Part shown: piece after piece, positions 27,417 to 35,824 of the stretch
Position numbering within the stretch: position 1 is the stretch's first letter
Layout: every line of letters starts with the position of its first letter
Position numbers and translations under genes: made by a program
Notes under the pieces: generated by a model
What the model was told of the DNA's origin: nothing
The model's input: only the letters and a program-made list of their open reading frames with translations
Databases searched by the model: none
IMG/VR virus record: IMGVR_UViG_3300011741_000001
Location: 186,001-239,534 of that record
Direction: 5' to 3' (one strand)
Length of the DNA stretch: 53,534 bases
DNA from: an uncultured virus (IMG/VR IMGVR_UViG_3300011741_000001)
Lineage: Duplodnaviria > Heunggongvirae > Uroviricota > Caudoviricetes

Positions 27417-27757
27417 TTATGATATTCTTCCATAACTTTCTTAAAGATACTGAGGATACGACGACGTTCGTACGACTGCACCTGAATGCGATCGCTGAAA
27501 TCGATAATCTGGATATAACGCGCCTCGACTTCCAGGCTCAGGGCGTGGACTTCCACGTGGGCTAAGCGCCCGGTACCGCGTACCGAACGATGCAGGTGCA
27601 CCGTAATCTGGCCACGACAATCCGGGTCGGTGATTTTCTCAATGGCATCAGCTACGTCTTCTGCAACCAAATCGTAGGTGATGTCACCGATTTTCAGGGT
27701 AATCCCTTTGGCACGGTAAAGGGATTCGACGTTGTACTCTAATGATGGGCTCTGCAT
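27413..27757 (-). CDS. Hypothetical protein, 114 aa
   Basis: AAGGAG SD; stop overlaps the DHFR start. Confidence 0.7.
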   Translation of the reverse strand: MQSPSLEYNVESLYRAKGITLKIGDITYDLVAEDVADAIEKITDPDCRGQITVHLHRSVRGTGRLAHVEVHALSLEVEARYIQIIDFSDRIQVQSYERRRILSIFKKVMEEYHK

Positions 27758-27774
27758 AAAAGTGACTCCTTAAG

Positions 27775-27801
27775 AAAAAAAGAAGGGGCCCGAAGACCCC
27801 C
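27775..27801 (-). terminator. UUCG terminator
   Basis: ggggtc-ttcg-ggcccc then a U-tract. Confidence 0.75.
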
Positions 27802-27807
27802 ACTGCA

Positions 27808-28404
27808 TTACATCTCTTGACCAGCGCGACGCATGATGCGAATCGGTGGCAGAGTTTGTACTTCAATGGAGCGACCGCGTACTGGCATACGGACAACCGT
27901 ATCCGGTAATACACGCGCTGCGCCATTGCATTCGTCAAGCAGTGTGTCGTTAACGTAATGGTGCTCGATATCCAGACGCATCTGCATATCGTTCAGGTCA
28001 AACGCCGTTTCCGTTACCACGGTTTTAAAGCCGTTGATAACTTCAGGCAGACGTTGTACCTGATGACGGAAGAAATGCTCGTTCTTGCTGTAGTCACGAC
28101 TGGAGACTTTCTGCATGTAATCCATGCCCGCGTCCAGTGCCCACTTGTACAGCGGTTGGAGTGTCATCAGAACATCAAAATCGCACGGCTTACCAACGGT
28201 GAAGATTCGCCCGTTATAGTGCAGTTCTGCGTGTTGTGTCTGGCGACCAAAGCAGGCTTGAGCAAACGTCGCTAAGCCTTGCATCACCGGACGGGGAACG
28301 GTCAGGGTTTCACCGTTACTAAATTGTAGCTCGAACGTTTGTGCATGACGCAGGTCGGTGGTATCACCAGTAACATTGCGCAGAGCCAACAGATTGTAGT
28401 TCAT
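27808..28404 (-). CDS. Hypothetical protein, 198 aa
   Basis: ATG 28404 behind AAGGAG. Confidence 0.72.
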   Translation of the reverse strand: MNYNLLALRNVTGDTTDLRHAQTFELQFSNGETLTVPRPVMQGLATFAQACFGRQTQHAELHYNGRIFTVGKPCDFDVLMTLQPLYKWALDAGMDYMQKVSSRDYSKNEHFFRHQVQRLPEVINGFKTVVTETAFDLNDMQMRLDIEHHYVNDTLLDECNGAARVLPDTVVRMPVRGRSIEVQTLPPIRIMRRAGQEM

Positions 28405-28449
28405 CAGAATCTCCTTACGTTTCATAGACAGTCGGTTATGTGTAAAAAC

Positions 28450-29100
28450 TTAGTGGGTACGCAGTTCTACCAAATCCAGCGTCGTGCTCGCCACTGGGGT
28501 CAGGGCACTCACCGCTTCCACCGCTTGGGCAGTGGTTTCGTTGAGGCTATCTGCCAGCTCTTTCGCTACACGCAGCGCGTTCGCGGTAACCTGCGCACGT
28601 TCGAACAACGGCTGCAACTGCTGCATGGTGAAGCGGGCTTGAGCAATACCCATTGCCCAGAAGCCGGTGATTTCCGGTTCACGCATCGCTTCACGTGGAA
28701 CCTCTTTAAAGTACACGACGTTCGCCAGCTCGGTTTCTTTGTCCGGGCAGACGAACACGGTGCTGTCGTAACGGCCCATGTACGTTTTACCGTCACGGGT
28801 AAAGGTCACGGTTTCTTCCGTTTTCAGTGGTTGGTCATTGCCCACAATCAGCAACGAGTTCAGTTGGGTGGCCACCTCTTCGCTGTACTCCAGACCTTCT
28901 GGAATCACAAGACGGTAGCTGTTTAAAACCAGTGGGGCTTTAGCGGCACCGGCTGCAGCCATCGCTACCCACATCTGGTAGACGTAAACTTCTTCTTTGG
29001 TCAGTTCCATTGACGGGCCTTTGGTAGGCTTCACTGCTAAGCCGTATGCGCTGAGGTTAGTTTCGGCACCGACCAGATTCATAGCGTTGATAGTTTTCAT
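28450..29100 (-). CDS. Hypothetical protein, 216 aa
   Basis: AAGGAG SD; first gene after the promoter motif. Confidence 0.75.
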   Translation of the reverse strand: MKTINAMNLVGAETNLSAYGLAVKPTKGPSMELTKEEVYVYQMWVAMAAAGAAKAPLVLNSYRLVIPEGLEYSEEVATQLNSLLIVGNDQPLKTEETVTFTRDGKTYMGRYDSTVFVCPDKETELANVVYFKEVPREAMREPEITGFWAMGIAQARFTMQQLQPLFERAQVTANALRVAKELADSLNETTAQAVEAVSALTPVASTTLDLVELRTH

Positions 29101-29159
29101 GTTGAGACTCCTTACAATTAATAGAATGGGGTAAGAACTATTGGCTTAGTTCATGAGAA

Positions 29160-29171
29160 TAATATCTATCT
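29160..29171 (-). promoter_or_regulatory. Putative phage early promoter AGATAGATATTA
   Basis: Third exact copy of the intergenic 12-mer. Confidence 0.65.
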
Positions 29172-29193
29172 GAAAGTTTTTTGAGTCCAACGC

Positions 29194-29231
29194 AAACAAA
29201 TAAAGTAAACCCACTCCCCGAAGGGAGTGGG
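29194..29231 (-). terminator. UUCG terminator
   Basis: cccactccc-ttcg-gggagtggg; near-copy of the capsid terminator. Confidence 0.85.
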
Positions 29232-29241
29232 ATACCACAAC

Positions 29242-30510
29242 TTAAGACTGCTTACCGTGCGCCGCGATACCTGCAGACAGGTAACCGTTCACGCCGCTGA
29301 CCAGAGACTTCAGGACAGTGGCCGCGATACGGTCAAGGAAGCCGACCAGAGAGTTGATACCGTTGATCGCAGTGCGAGCACCACGAACCGCTTCAACCAG
29401 CTCTTTGTTGTCGTCAACTTTGACTTTATCCAGACGAGACAGCAGTTTCTCAATCGCGTTCTCATACTTGGTTTGCGCAGCATCGACCTTGCGGTAGTTG
29501 ATGGCAACCTGCTCGATATCTTTACCGAGTTTGTTGTAGAACGTGTTGACGTTGTTCAGCGTACCGGCGTTCGGAGTTTTCACTTCGGACGGCACGTCTG
29601 CTTCGGTCGCGATCAGAGACATAGTGGTAACCACCATGCCTTCGCCGTCAGCGTCGCCAGCTTCCACTTTGATAGCGTAGCCGCCAACCAGCTGATGACC
29701 GTCTTTGAACGGACGTTTGGCTTCTGCGTCGATAGCTTTCAGCTTGCCGTTCAGGCCCGCTTTACCGATGCTTTCCAGAGTGTCAACGCCTTTAGCGATG
29801 TCATCCAGAATGGTTTCTTTCGCCGCTTGTGACGCGCGCAGACCGGTCAGCTCTTCGTTCAGTTTCGCAGTGTTGTCACCAACGAAAGTAGAACCCTGAG
29901 ACAGCTGCTTCACGAAGCTACCAGAAATGGTGTCTTTCTTCTGCTGACCCATTTTACGGATCGCAGCGTCAAACGCCTTAGAACGTTTCTGGATAGATTT
30001 ACCCTGGTTCTGGAACTTGACCCAGCGGTCTTTCACTTTACGGCCCTGCTCTTTCAGCCATTCCCAGATACGCTTCAGGAAGGCTTTGATGTCGTCCCAC
30101 AGTGACTCACGAGCCACTTTACGACGGTTCTTAGAACCGTAGCTTTCTTGTGCGACAGACAGGCGGTTGCCCAGGTTCCAGCGCTTACGGATAGATTCCT
30201 GCGCCACGTCCAGTGCTTCGGCCGCTTCGTCAGGCATGTCTTCTTCCGCTTCCATGGTGTCTGCTGATTCGTCATCAGAATCGGCAGCCGCATCGGCTTC
30301 GTCCAGCGCAGTCAGCTGATCGTCAGTTTCCTGAGCATCTTCAGCCAGTACCGCACCTTCAGCATCGGTCTGGTCGATGGCTTTGGTATCGTGTTCGATA
30401 TCAGCCAGTACGCCTTCTACCGAATCCGCTGGCAGTTCCAGACCGTCTGGAACAACAGTGCCGACGCCTTCGATAGACTCACGCGCGAGATTACGTTGTG
30501 CAAAGTTCAT
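29242..30510 (-). CDS. Abundant inner-head/ejection protein (SPN3US gp54-like), 422 aa
   Basis: Start at MNFAQRN behind GAGG; acidic propeptide with several AQE/ARE sites, then an amphipathic W..IK.F...IW helix; paralog of the neighbour. Confidence 0.78.
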   Translation of the reverse strand: MNFAQRNLARESIEGVGTVVPDGLELPADSVEGVLADIEHDTKAIDQTDAEGAVLAEDAQETDDQLTALDEADAAADSDDESADTMEAEEDMPDEAAEALDVAQESIRKRWNLGNRLSVAQESYGSKNRRKVARESLWDDIKAFLKRIWEWLKEQGRKVKDRWVKFQNQGKSIQKRSKAFDAAIRKMGQQKKDTISGSFVKQLSQGSTFVGDNTAKLNEELTGLRASQAAKETILDDIAKGVDTLESIGKAGLNGKLKAIDAEAKRPFKDGHQLVGGYAIKVEAGDADGEGMVVTTMSLIATEADVPSEVKTPNAGTLNNVNTFYNKLGKDIEQVAINYRKVDAAQTKYENAIEKLLSRLDKVKVDDNKELVEAVRGARTAINGINSLVGFLDRIAATVLKSLVSGVNGYLSAGIAAHGKQS

Positions 30511-30587
30511 CTTTTCTTTTCCTCTCGGGAGTGACATCCTCACTCCCGTTAATTTTTAGAAACCGGGGTACCGCTAACTAAGGAGAA

Positions 30588-31859
30588 TTACTTCTGCTTA
30601 GCGTACGCGCCGATACCAGCACCGATGTAGCCGTTCAGGCCAGAGATAACGGTGTTAGCAACGTAAGACACTGCGCGATGCAGAGTCTGGTAGTTACGCA
30701 CAGCCTGGTCAGCCGCAGTACGGGCGTGAGACAGTGCAGTACGGTCACCTTCGTCGGTTGCTTTATCGAACGCGGCAGAAGCTTTCTCAGCTGCTTTCTC
30801 CAGCTTCTCAACTTCGCTGTCGTAGCTGCGGAAATCTTGCAGCACTTTCTCGAAGCCTTTACCGATCGCTTCCAGACCAGATGCAGCGCTTGACAGTTTG
30901 CCCACGTCAGGCGTCGGTGCATTTTTCTCTTCTGCACTGTCGCCAGTCGTCATGAAGCCAACCGCAGTGAAATCAGCTTCGCCGATTTTCTTGCTACCAG
31001 CCTGAATGTAAGCGTTGCCCGGCAGCGCGTGCAGAGTCTGAGACTCGCCGTTTTCGAACTGTGGCAGGTTGCGCAGTTTAGACGCAGCAGTACCGAACAG
31101 ATCAACTTTGGTGTCGCCTGCAGATGCAGTTGCGTCGCCTTCAGCCGCTTTAGACATCTGAGTCGCAGCGTTACCCGCCTGAGTGCTCAGTGCAGTGATA
31201 GCAGACTTGGCTTTGCTGCCCACGGTCACTTCTTTCGCCAGTGCGATAGACTGATCCGGGTTGAACTTGCCTTCGATAGAGAGCTTGGTGATGAAGCCGC
31301 CGCTGATCTCTTCTTTGTTGCGTTTGCCCAGTTTCTTGATCGCTTCCTGGAATTTCTTCGCACGCTTCTGAGCAGTTTTGCCCACGTTGAAGTATTTCAG
31401 TTTGATCTCTTTGATCTTGTTGATAACCGCTTTGCAGAATTCGATGAAGCGCTTATACAGATCCTTCAGGGTTTCTTTCCAGCCTTCCTGAGCGGCTTTG
31501 GTCATACCGCGGCTACGGCGATATGATTCACGCGCCAGCTTAGTACGCTCTAAGCCCCAACGACGACGGATAGACTCCTGAGCCACTTCAGAAGCAGCAA
31601 CGGCTTCTTCCGGCAGCTCTTCGCCGTTTTCGATTGGCTCTTGCGCCTGATCGATAGCAGCTTCGGTACGCTCGGTGTCGGAGGTCAGGGTATTCTGGTC
31701 GCCGTCCAGCTGATCCAGTTGACCGTCGAGAGAGGCCACTTCGGTCAGCTGTACGTCCAGGTTGTCCTCGCTGGATTCGATATTGCTCAGACCATCAATC
31801 TGATCGTCTGCCGCGCCTTCGATGCTTTCGCGAGCAAGATTACGTTGTGCAAAGTTCAT
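30588..31859 (-). CDS. Abundant inner-head/ejection protein (SPN3US gp53-like), 423 aa
   Basis: Acidic propeptide; AQE-95, ARE-111, AQE-125; high-expression codon bias. Confidence 0.8.
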   Translation of the reverse strand: MNFAQRNLARESIEGAADDQIDGLSNIESSEDNLDVQLTEVASLDGQLDQLDGDQNTLTSDTERTEAAIDQAQEPIENGEELPEEAVAASEVAQESIRRRWGLERTKLARESYRRSRGMTKAAQEGWKETLKDLYKRFIEFCKAVINKIKEIKLKYFNVGKTAQKRAKKFQEAIKKLGKRNKEEISGGFITKLSIEGKFNPDQSIALAKEVTVGSKAKSAITALSTQAGNAATQMSKAAEGDATASAGDTKVDLFGTAASKLRNLPQFENGESQTLHALPGNAYIQAGSKKIGEADFTAVGFMTTGDSAEEKNAPTPDVGKLSSAASGLEAIGKGFEKVLQDFRSYDSEVEKLEKAAEKASAAFDKATDEGDRTALSHARTAADQAVRNYQTLHRAVSYVANTVISGLNGYIGAGIGAYAKQK

Positions 31860-31916
31860 GTCACTTTTCCTGTTTGGTTATAACCAATACCAACACGCCC
31901 CTAGTAAGGGGCCCCC

Positions 31917-32459
31917 TTAGGGACGTGCGATTTTCAAAAAGACTGCGAGCGAGGAGAACATGTCAGAGACTCCATTGACGCGTGTCATCCACCGCGCAAG
32001 CAGTTCGTGGTCTGCATAAGATATCAAGCGTGTGTCAGCGACCAGAGATTGGTGGGCGGTGCCCAAGTTCCGTACCTGACCTGACTTGCCGTATGACGCA
32101 GCAATCATGCGACTACCGAGACTGCCCGTTTCACGGACGTTCTTGGTTCCACGCACATCGTTCATATATTGCTGTATCAATACTGACCACTGCCCGACAT
32201 TCATGTCGCGACGCTTACCATCCATCAGGAATGCCACGGTCTCGTTATAGAACGTATTGAACGTGAACCCGATTTGCGGGTAATCATCATATAATACTTG
32301 CTGCAAAGACTCCGCGCCCATCATCTTGAAATACGGGAGAATAACCGCGGCAGCCTCGAGCGTGGTGTGAATCAGCTCGTCATCGTGGACACTCACGGGA
32401 TTCTCAGTGAGTTTCGCCATGTAGTCTTTGATGAGGCGCTCTGCGTTATTGAAGTCCAT
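31917..32459 (-). CDS. Probable head protein (SPN3US gp52-like), 180 aa
   Basis: ATG 32459 behind GGAG; synteny in the head cluster. Confidence 0.6.
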   Translation of the reverse strand: MDFNNAERLIKDYMAKLTENPVSVHDDELIHTTLEAAAVILPYFKMMGAESLQQVLYDDYPQIGFTFNTFYNETVAFLMDGKRRDMNVGQWSVLIQQYMNDVRGTKNVRETGSLGSRMIAASYGKSGQVRNLGTAHQSLVADTRLISYADHELLARWMTRVNGVSDMFSSLAVFLKIARP

Positions 32460-33381
32460 ACTTCTTCTCCAGACGCTCACGAGAACGTTTGAGCTCGCTC
32501 AGACGCTTCTCTTGTACTTCGATGAGACGTTCGATAGCCGCATCCCCGTTCCCTTCGGCCTGCTGCTTTTTCCACAACAGGATACGGTATTCGGTGGCTT
32601 TGGCCGCAGCCACGACTTCATCGTACTGATCCATCTGACGTTCTGCCCAGTTCAGGCGGACACGGTAGATGATGCTCAGCGGGAAGCCGACAGATGCCAT
32701 GCCCAGCGGATCGGTGTTTTTGGAACCGAACGACTGCACCAATTGTTCGTAGGTTTCTTCGTCGAATATCGCTTCCGGGATTTCGGCGTAGTCCGCTTTG
32801 AGTTTGGTGATAGGCGTGGCCAACACACGAACCGCAATCCCGAACGTAGTACGGCGGGTTTGCAGGTATTGCAGGTCATTCGGCCCGATACCTTTTGCGG
32901 AGATGTTCGAGTCGCTCACCGCCATCAGCTCTTCAGCTGTGATGTAGTTCAGCAACACACCACCGTACGTCACCGTGAAGTCGATGATGTCCAGCAGTTG
33001 CAGCACGGTCTGTTTGTTGAACGTCATGCTCGTGGTGACCATCGTTTTACCGATGTCTTTCTCGATACACTGTTCTAAGAACGGACGTAACGCCAGCACG
33101 TTCTGGAACGAGGCGATGATGTACTCCAGCATACTCGCTTCGCGAATCCCGGAGACTTCCAGACGACTGGATTTCATCTGCGCCACGAACTGGTCAGACA
33201 GGTGTTGCACGTCTTTGTTCAGAAACGCTTTACCCTGCTTAGAGCCAATCAGCGTCTGCAGGTTTTCAAACTGAGGTAACAGTGCGTTTCCGATGGAGTC
33301 GCAGTTGCTGCTCAGCTGGTTTTTCAAGTTGACGGCTTCGAAGTTCGGCAGAAGCACAGACAACATATTTGGAATCGGCAT
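32446..33381 (-). CDS. Inner-head protein (phiKZ gp90 / SPN3US gp51-like), 311 aa
   Basis: DPL motif followed by a C-terminal coiled coil; synteny. Confidence 0.65.
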   Translation of the reverse strand: MPIPNMLSVLLPNFEAVNLKNQLSSNCDSIGNALLPQFENLQTLIGSKQGKAFLNKDVQHLSDQFVAQMKSSRLEVSGIREASMLEYIIASFQNVLALRPFLEQCIEKDIGKTMVTTSMTFNKQTVLQLLDIIDFTVTYGGVLLNYITAEELMAVSDSNISAKGIGPNDLQYLQTRRTTFGIAVRVLATPITKLKADYAEIPEAIFDEETYEQLVQSFGSKNTDPLGMASVGFPLSIIYRVRLNWAERQMDQYDEVVAAAKATEYRILLWKKQQAEGNGDAAIERLIEVQEKRLSELKRSRERLEKKYGLQ

Positions 33382-33391
33382 TGGTTACCCC

Positions 33392-34549
33392 TTAAAGCAC
33401 CGGTTGTGAGCCGGAGCGGTAGGCTTCGATGATTTTGCCTACGTCAGCGCTGCCTGCTTTCGATTTCGAGAAGTCAGACTTATCCAGCTCCTGCTGGCCA
33501 TTCTGACCGCGGGTGTAGATAGTGACTTTGTTCCACTGCGAGTCCACGACCACGTAATACTGGGTCAGGGTTTGCTCGAACACGCGCTTACGCACCGCGA
33601 AGTCGTCGAAGTCTCCACCGAGTTCTGCCGTCAGACCGTCGATGGTGTCCTGCGAGACAATCATTACCGCGGAGGCGTTGTTGATGGACGGAGACAGGCT
33701 TAACAGGCCAGACAGCCAGTTGCCGTTGTTCTTGGTCATCATCTTCGCGTAGTAACCGGACTTGTCGCGGAAACGGTTTTTGCGGTATTCGTCGATAAGG
33801 TCGTTTTGCAGCGTGATGTCTTTCGCGGCACGCATCTTATCAATCGCGGAGCTGCCACCGTTCTTGCCGGTTGACAGACGAATCCAGCGTTCCCACAGGT
33901 CACGGTTCTGCGCACCCATCAGCATGATATTGCGGATAGACGGCGTGTCAGTGGATTTCACATCCAGACGCAGACGCATCGGGACATCCACCTTATTACC
34001 GTTACGTTCAAAGGTGCAGGTGAACTGCTTACCGGTGCTCAACCCTTCCTGATCGGTCAGGCGCTTGGCCAGATCGTTCGGCACGGTGGTATTGCTGGCT
34101 GGCGCACGGTCACGGGATTCACCCACGGCTTTGCGGCGGGTAGACTCACCGGCTGCGATAGCGAGGTTATCGTATGACGGCAACTCGAAGCGAGAACGAC
34201 GTGTGCTTTCGCCTGCCGCCATGGTCACTAATGAGTGGGCACTGCGCGCGGCGTTGTCCAGCGTATTACGACGGTTAGACACTTTATCGAGTGTACCGAT
34301 GACGTCAACGTCCGGTACCCCGGTCAACAGCGATATCGCCGTCAGGGTGTTACCCGCAAGCAGCATCTGAATCTTTTCCAGAATACCCGGCAGATAATCC
34401 AAACCGACCAACGATTGTTCAACCAGCGTGGTGTACTCGTTGTACAAGATGGAGTTAAACTCCTCCAACGAATCCGCTCGCTGCCGAAACAGGTCGGGGA
34501 AGCGATGCAAGAAAGAGACGACGCTCGTCTCCAGTGTTTTTTCTGTCAT
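33392..34549 (-). CDS. Inner-head protein (phiKZ gp89 / SPN3US gp50-like), 385 aa
   Basis: Repeated AAGESTRR protease sites; DLIDEY and S.NNAS motifs; synteny. Confidence 0.65.
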   Translation of the reverse strand: MTEKTLETSVVSFLHRFPDLFRQRADSLEEFNSILYNEYTTLVEQSLVGLDYLPGILEKIQMLLAGNTLTAISLLTGVPDVDVIGTLDKVSNRRNTLDNAARSAHSLVTMAAGESTRRSRFELPSYDNLAIAAGESTRRKAVGESRDRAPASNTTVPNDLAKRLTDQEGLSTGKQFTCTFERNGNKVDVPMRLRLDVKSTDTPSIRNIMLMGAQNRDLWERWIRLSTGKNGGSSAIDKMRAAKDITLQNDLIDEYRKNRFRDKSGYYAKMMTKNNGNWLSGLLSLSPSINNASAVMIVSQDTIDGLTAELGGDFDDFAVRKRVFEQTLTQYYVVVDSQWNKVTIYTRGQNGQQELDKSDFSKSKAGSADVGKIIEAYRSGSQPVL

Positions 34550-34555
34550 TTCTAC

Positions 34556-34571
34556 TTAACTCCGGAGTTAA
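34556..34571. promoter_or_regulatory. Perfect 16-bp palindrome TTAACTCCGGAGTTAA giving a GGAG SD on both strands
   Basis: Lies between the divergent starts 34549 (-) and 34571/34574 (+). Confidence 0.7.
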
Positions 34572-34573
34572 TG

Positions 34574-35824
34574 ATGAGTAACGAGACTGAAAACGATCCG
34601 GGATACGATCCCAACACCCCGGAGGACACTGGGTATAGCAATCCGAACAATGCGGATGCTGTCCCTTCAGTCGCGGGGTATTTTGACCAACGTCAATCCA
34701 CGGTGGTGCCAGCCACACCTTACAATTTGAACGATGAGCTGACTGCGTGGAACAACCGTATTCGTTTAACCGTCGGCATGGGGTTGGCTGCGCAGCGCTT
34801 GACGAACCCCCTGATGGGGTTCAACCATAGAATGGCATCCAACCCGGTTCCGATTAACCGGGAATACGGGGGCTTAACGTTTATCACCCGACCGGATTTT
34901 AATCTGGACTTCGACAATATAGCGAACTCTCGGCGTCTTTCGAACATGGCTGCGCAACCGCGCTCGTCACTCGATTATTCCATATTGGCGTCGCTTGACC
35001 CTGACTTTGAGTTAGGGTTTTCAGATAGCGGGCGTAATTCCGATGGACGACGTAAGAATCGCCTCGGCACACCGTTCCTGCCAGAGATCCCGTTCGATAA
35101 CCTGCAGGCATTCATACCATTACTCAGCACGCAATTGGTGAGCCTCAACGGTATCCCGGATGAATCGGTGGACGTGTGGACGTCGCAGGAAGGGTTGATG
35201 CGTGAACAGTGGGGGATGGTCGATTCCACCCACGAAGTCAACAACGCTTACGGGGCCTCCAGTACGTTTAACAACCCGTACGGTGACCCGGTCATGAAGA
35301 TGATGTCAATTTGGCTTGAGTACATGTCTGGCGTGAAACGTGGGCAGTTCAAGCCCAAGATTCGCAATTCCATTCAACGCCGTATGGACTATTGGTCGCG
35401 GGTGTACGGACTGCGTTACGATGCGCTGGGGAACATCAGTCGCTTCTGGACGATTTGTGCTGCCCTCCCGACCAACAACAACTCCGGTGCCATGACGTCG
35501 GTGGACAACTCCAAACCCCAGTTAAACGATGACACGCAAGTCAACATCAACTGGCAATGTATCGGGGCGCGTACCAACGACCCGCTCTACATGGAGATGT
35601 TTAACCGCACGGTGGCCATGTTCAACCCGGACATGACCCCGGACCCGCGGTCGTCCACCTTTACCCCGATGGGGGGTGATTCACTGGTGCCGATTCCCGC
35701 TGAACTGTTGCCGCTGTTCAACTATTACGGTTACCCGTACATTGACAGTATTCGTCGCCGTATCACGTGGTACGTGTATCAGGCTGACTATCAGAACATC
35801 CTGAAAAAAGCAGGCTTAATTTAA
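34574..35824 (+). CDS. Virion structural/baseplate protein (phiKZ gp88-like), about 416 aa
   Basis: GLTFITRP..NL motif, FIPLLS, NYYGYPYI; start at 34571 or 34574; TAATG coupling to the next gene. Confidence 0.65.
   Translation: MSNETENDPGYDPNTPEDTGYSNPNNADAVPSVAGYFDQRQSTVVPATPYNLNDELTAWNNRIRLTVGMGLAAQRLTNPLMGFNHRMASNPVPINREYGGLTFITRPDFNLDFDNIANSRRLSNMAAQPRSSLDYSILASLDPDFELGFSDSGRNSDGRRKNRLGTPFLPEIPFDNLQAFIPLLSTQLVSLNGIPDESVDVWTSQEGLMREQWGMVDSTHEVNNAYGASSTFNNPYGDPVMKMMSIWLEYMSGVKRGQFKPKIRNSIQRRMDYWSRVYGLRYDALGNISRFWTICAALPTNNNSGAMTSVDNSKPQLNDDTQVNINWQCIGARTNDPLYMEMFNRTVAMFNPDMTPDPRSSTFTPMGGDSLVPIPAELLPLFNYYGYPYIDSIRRRITWYVYQADYQNILKKAGLI

Noticed and set aside
34235..34570. N-terminal extension of the 529-aa ORF
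   Set aside because: Overlaps the opposite-strand head gene; the SD supports a start at 34571/34574.
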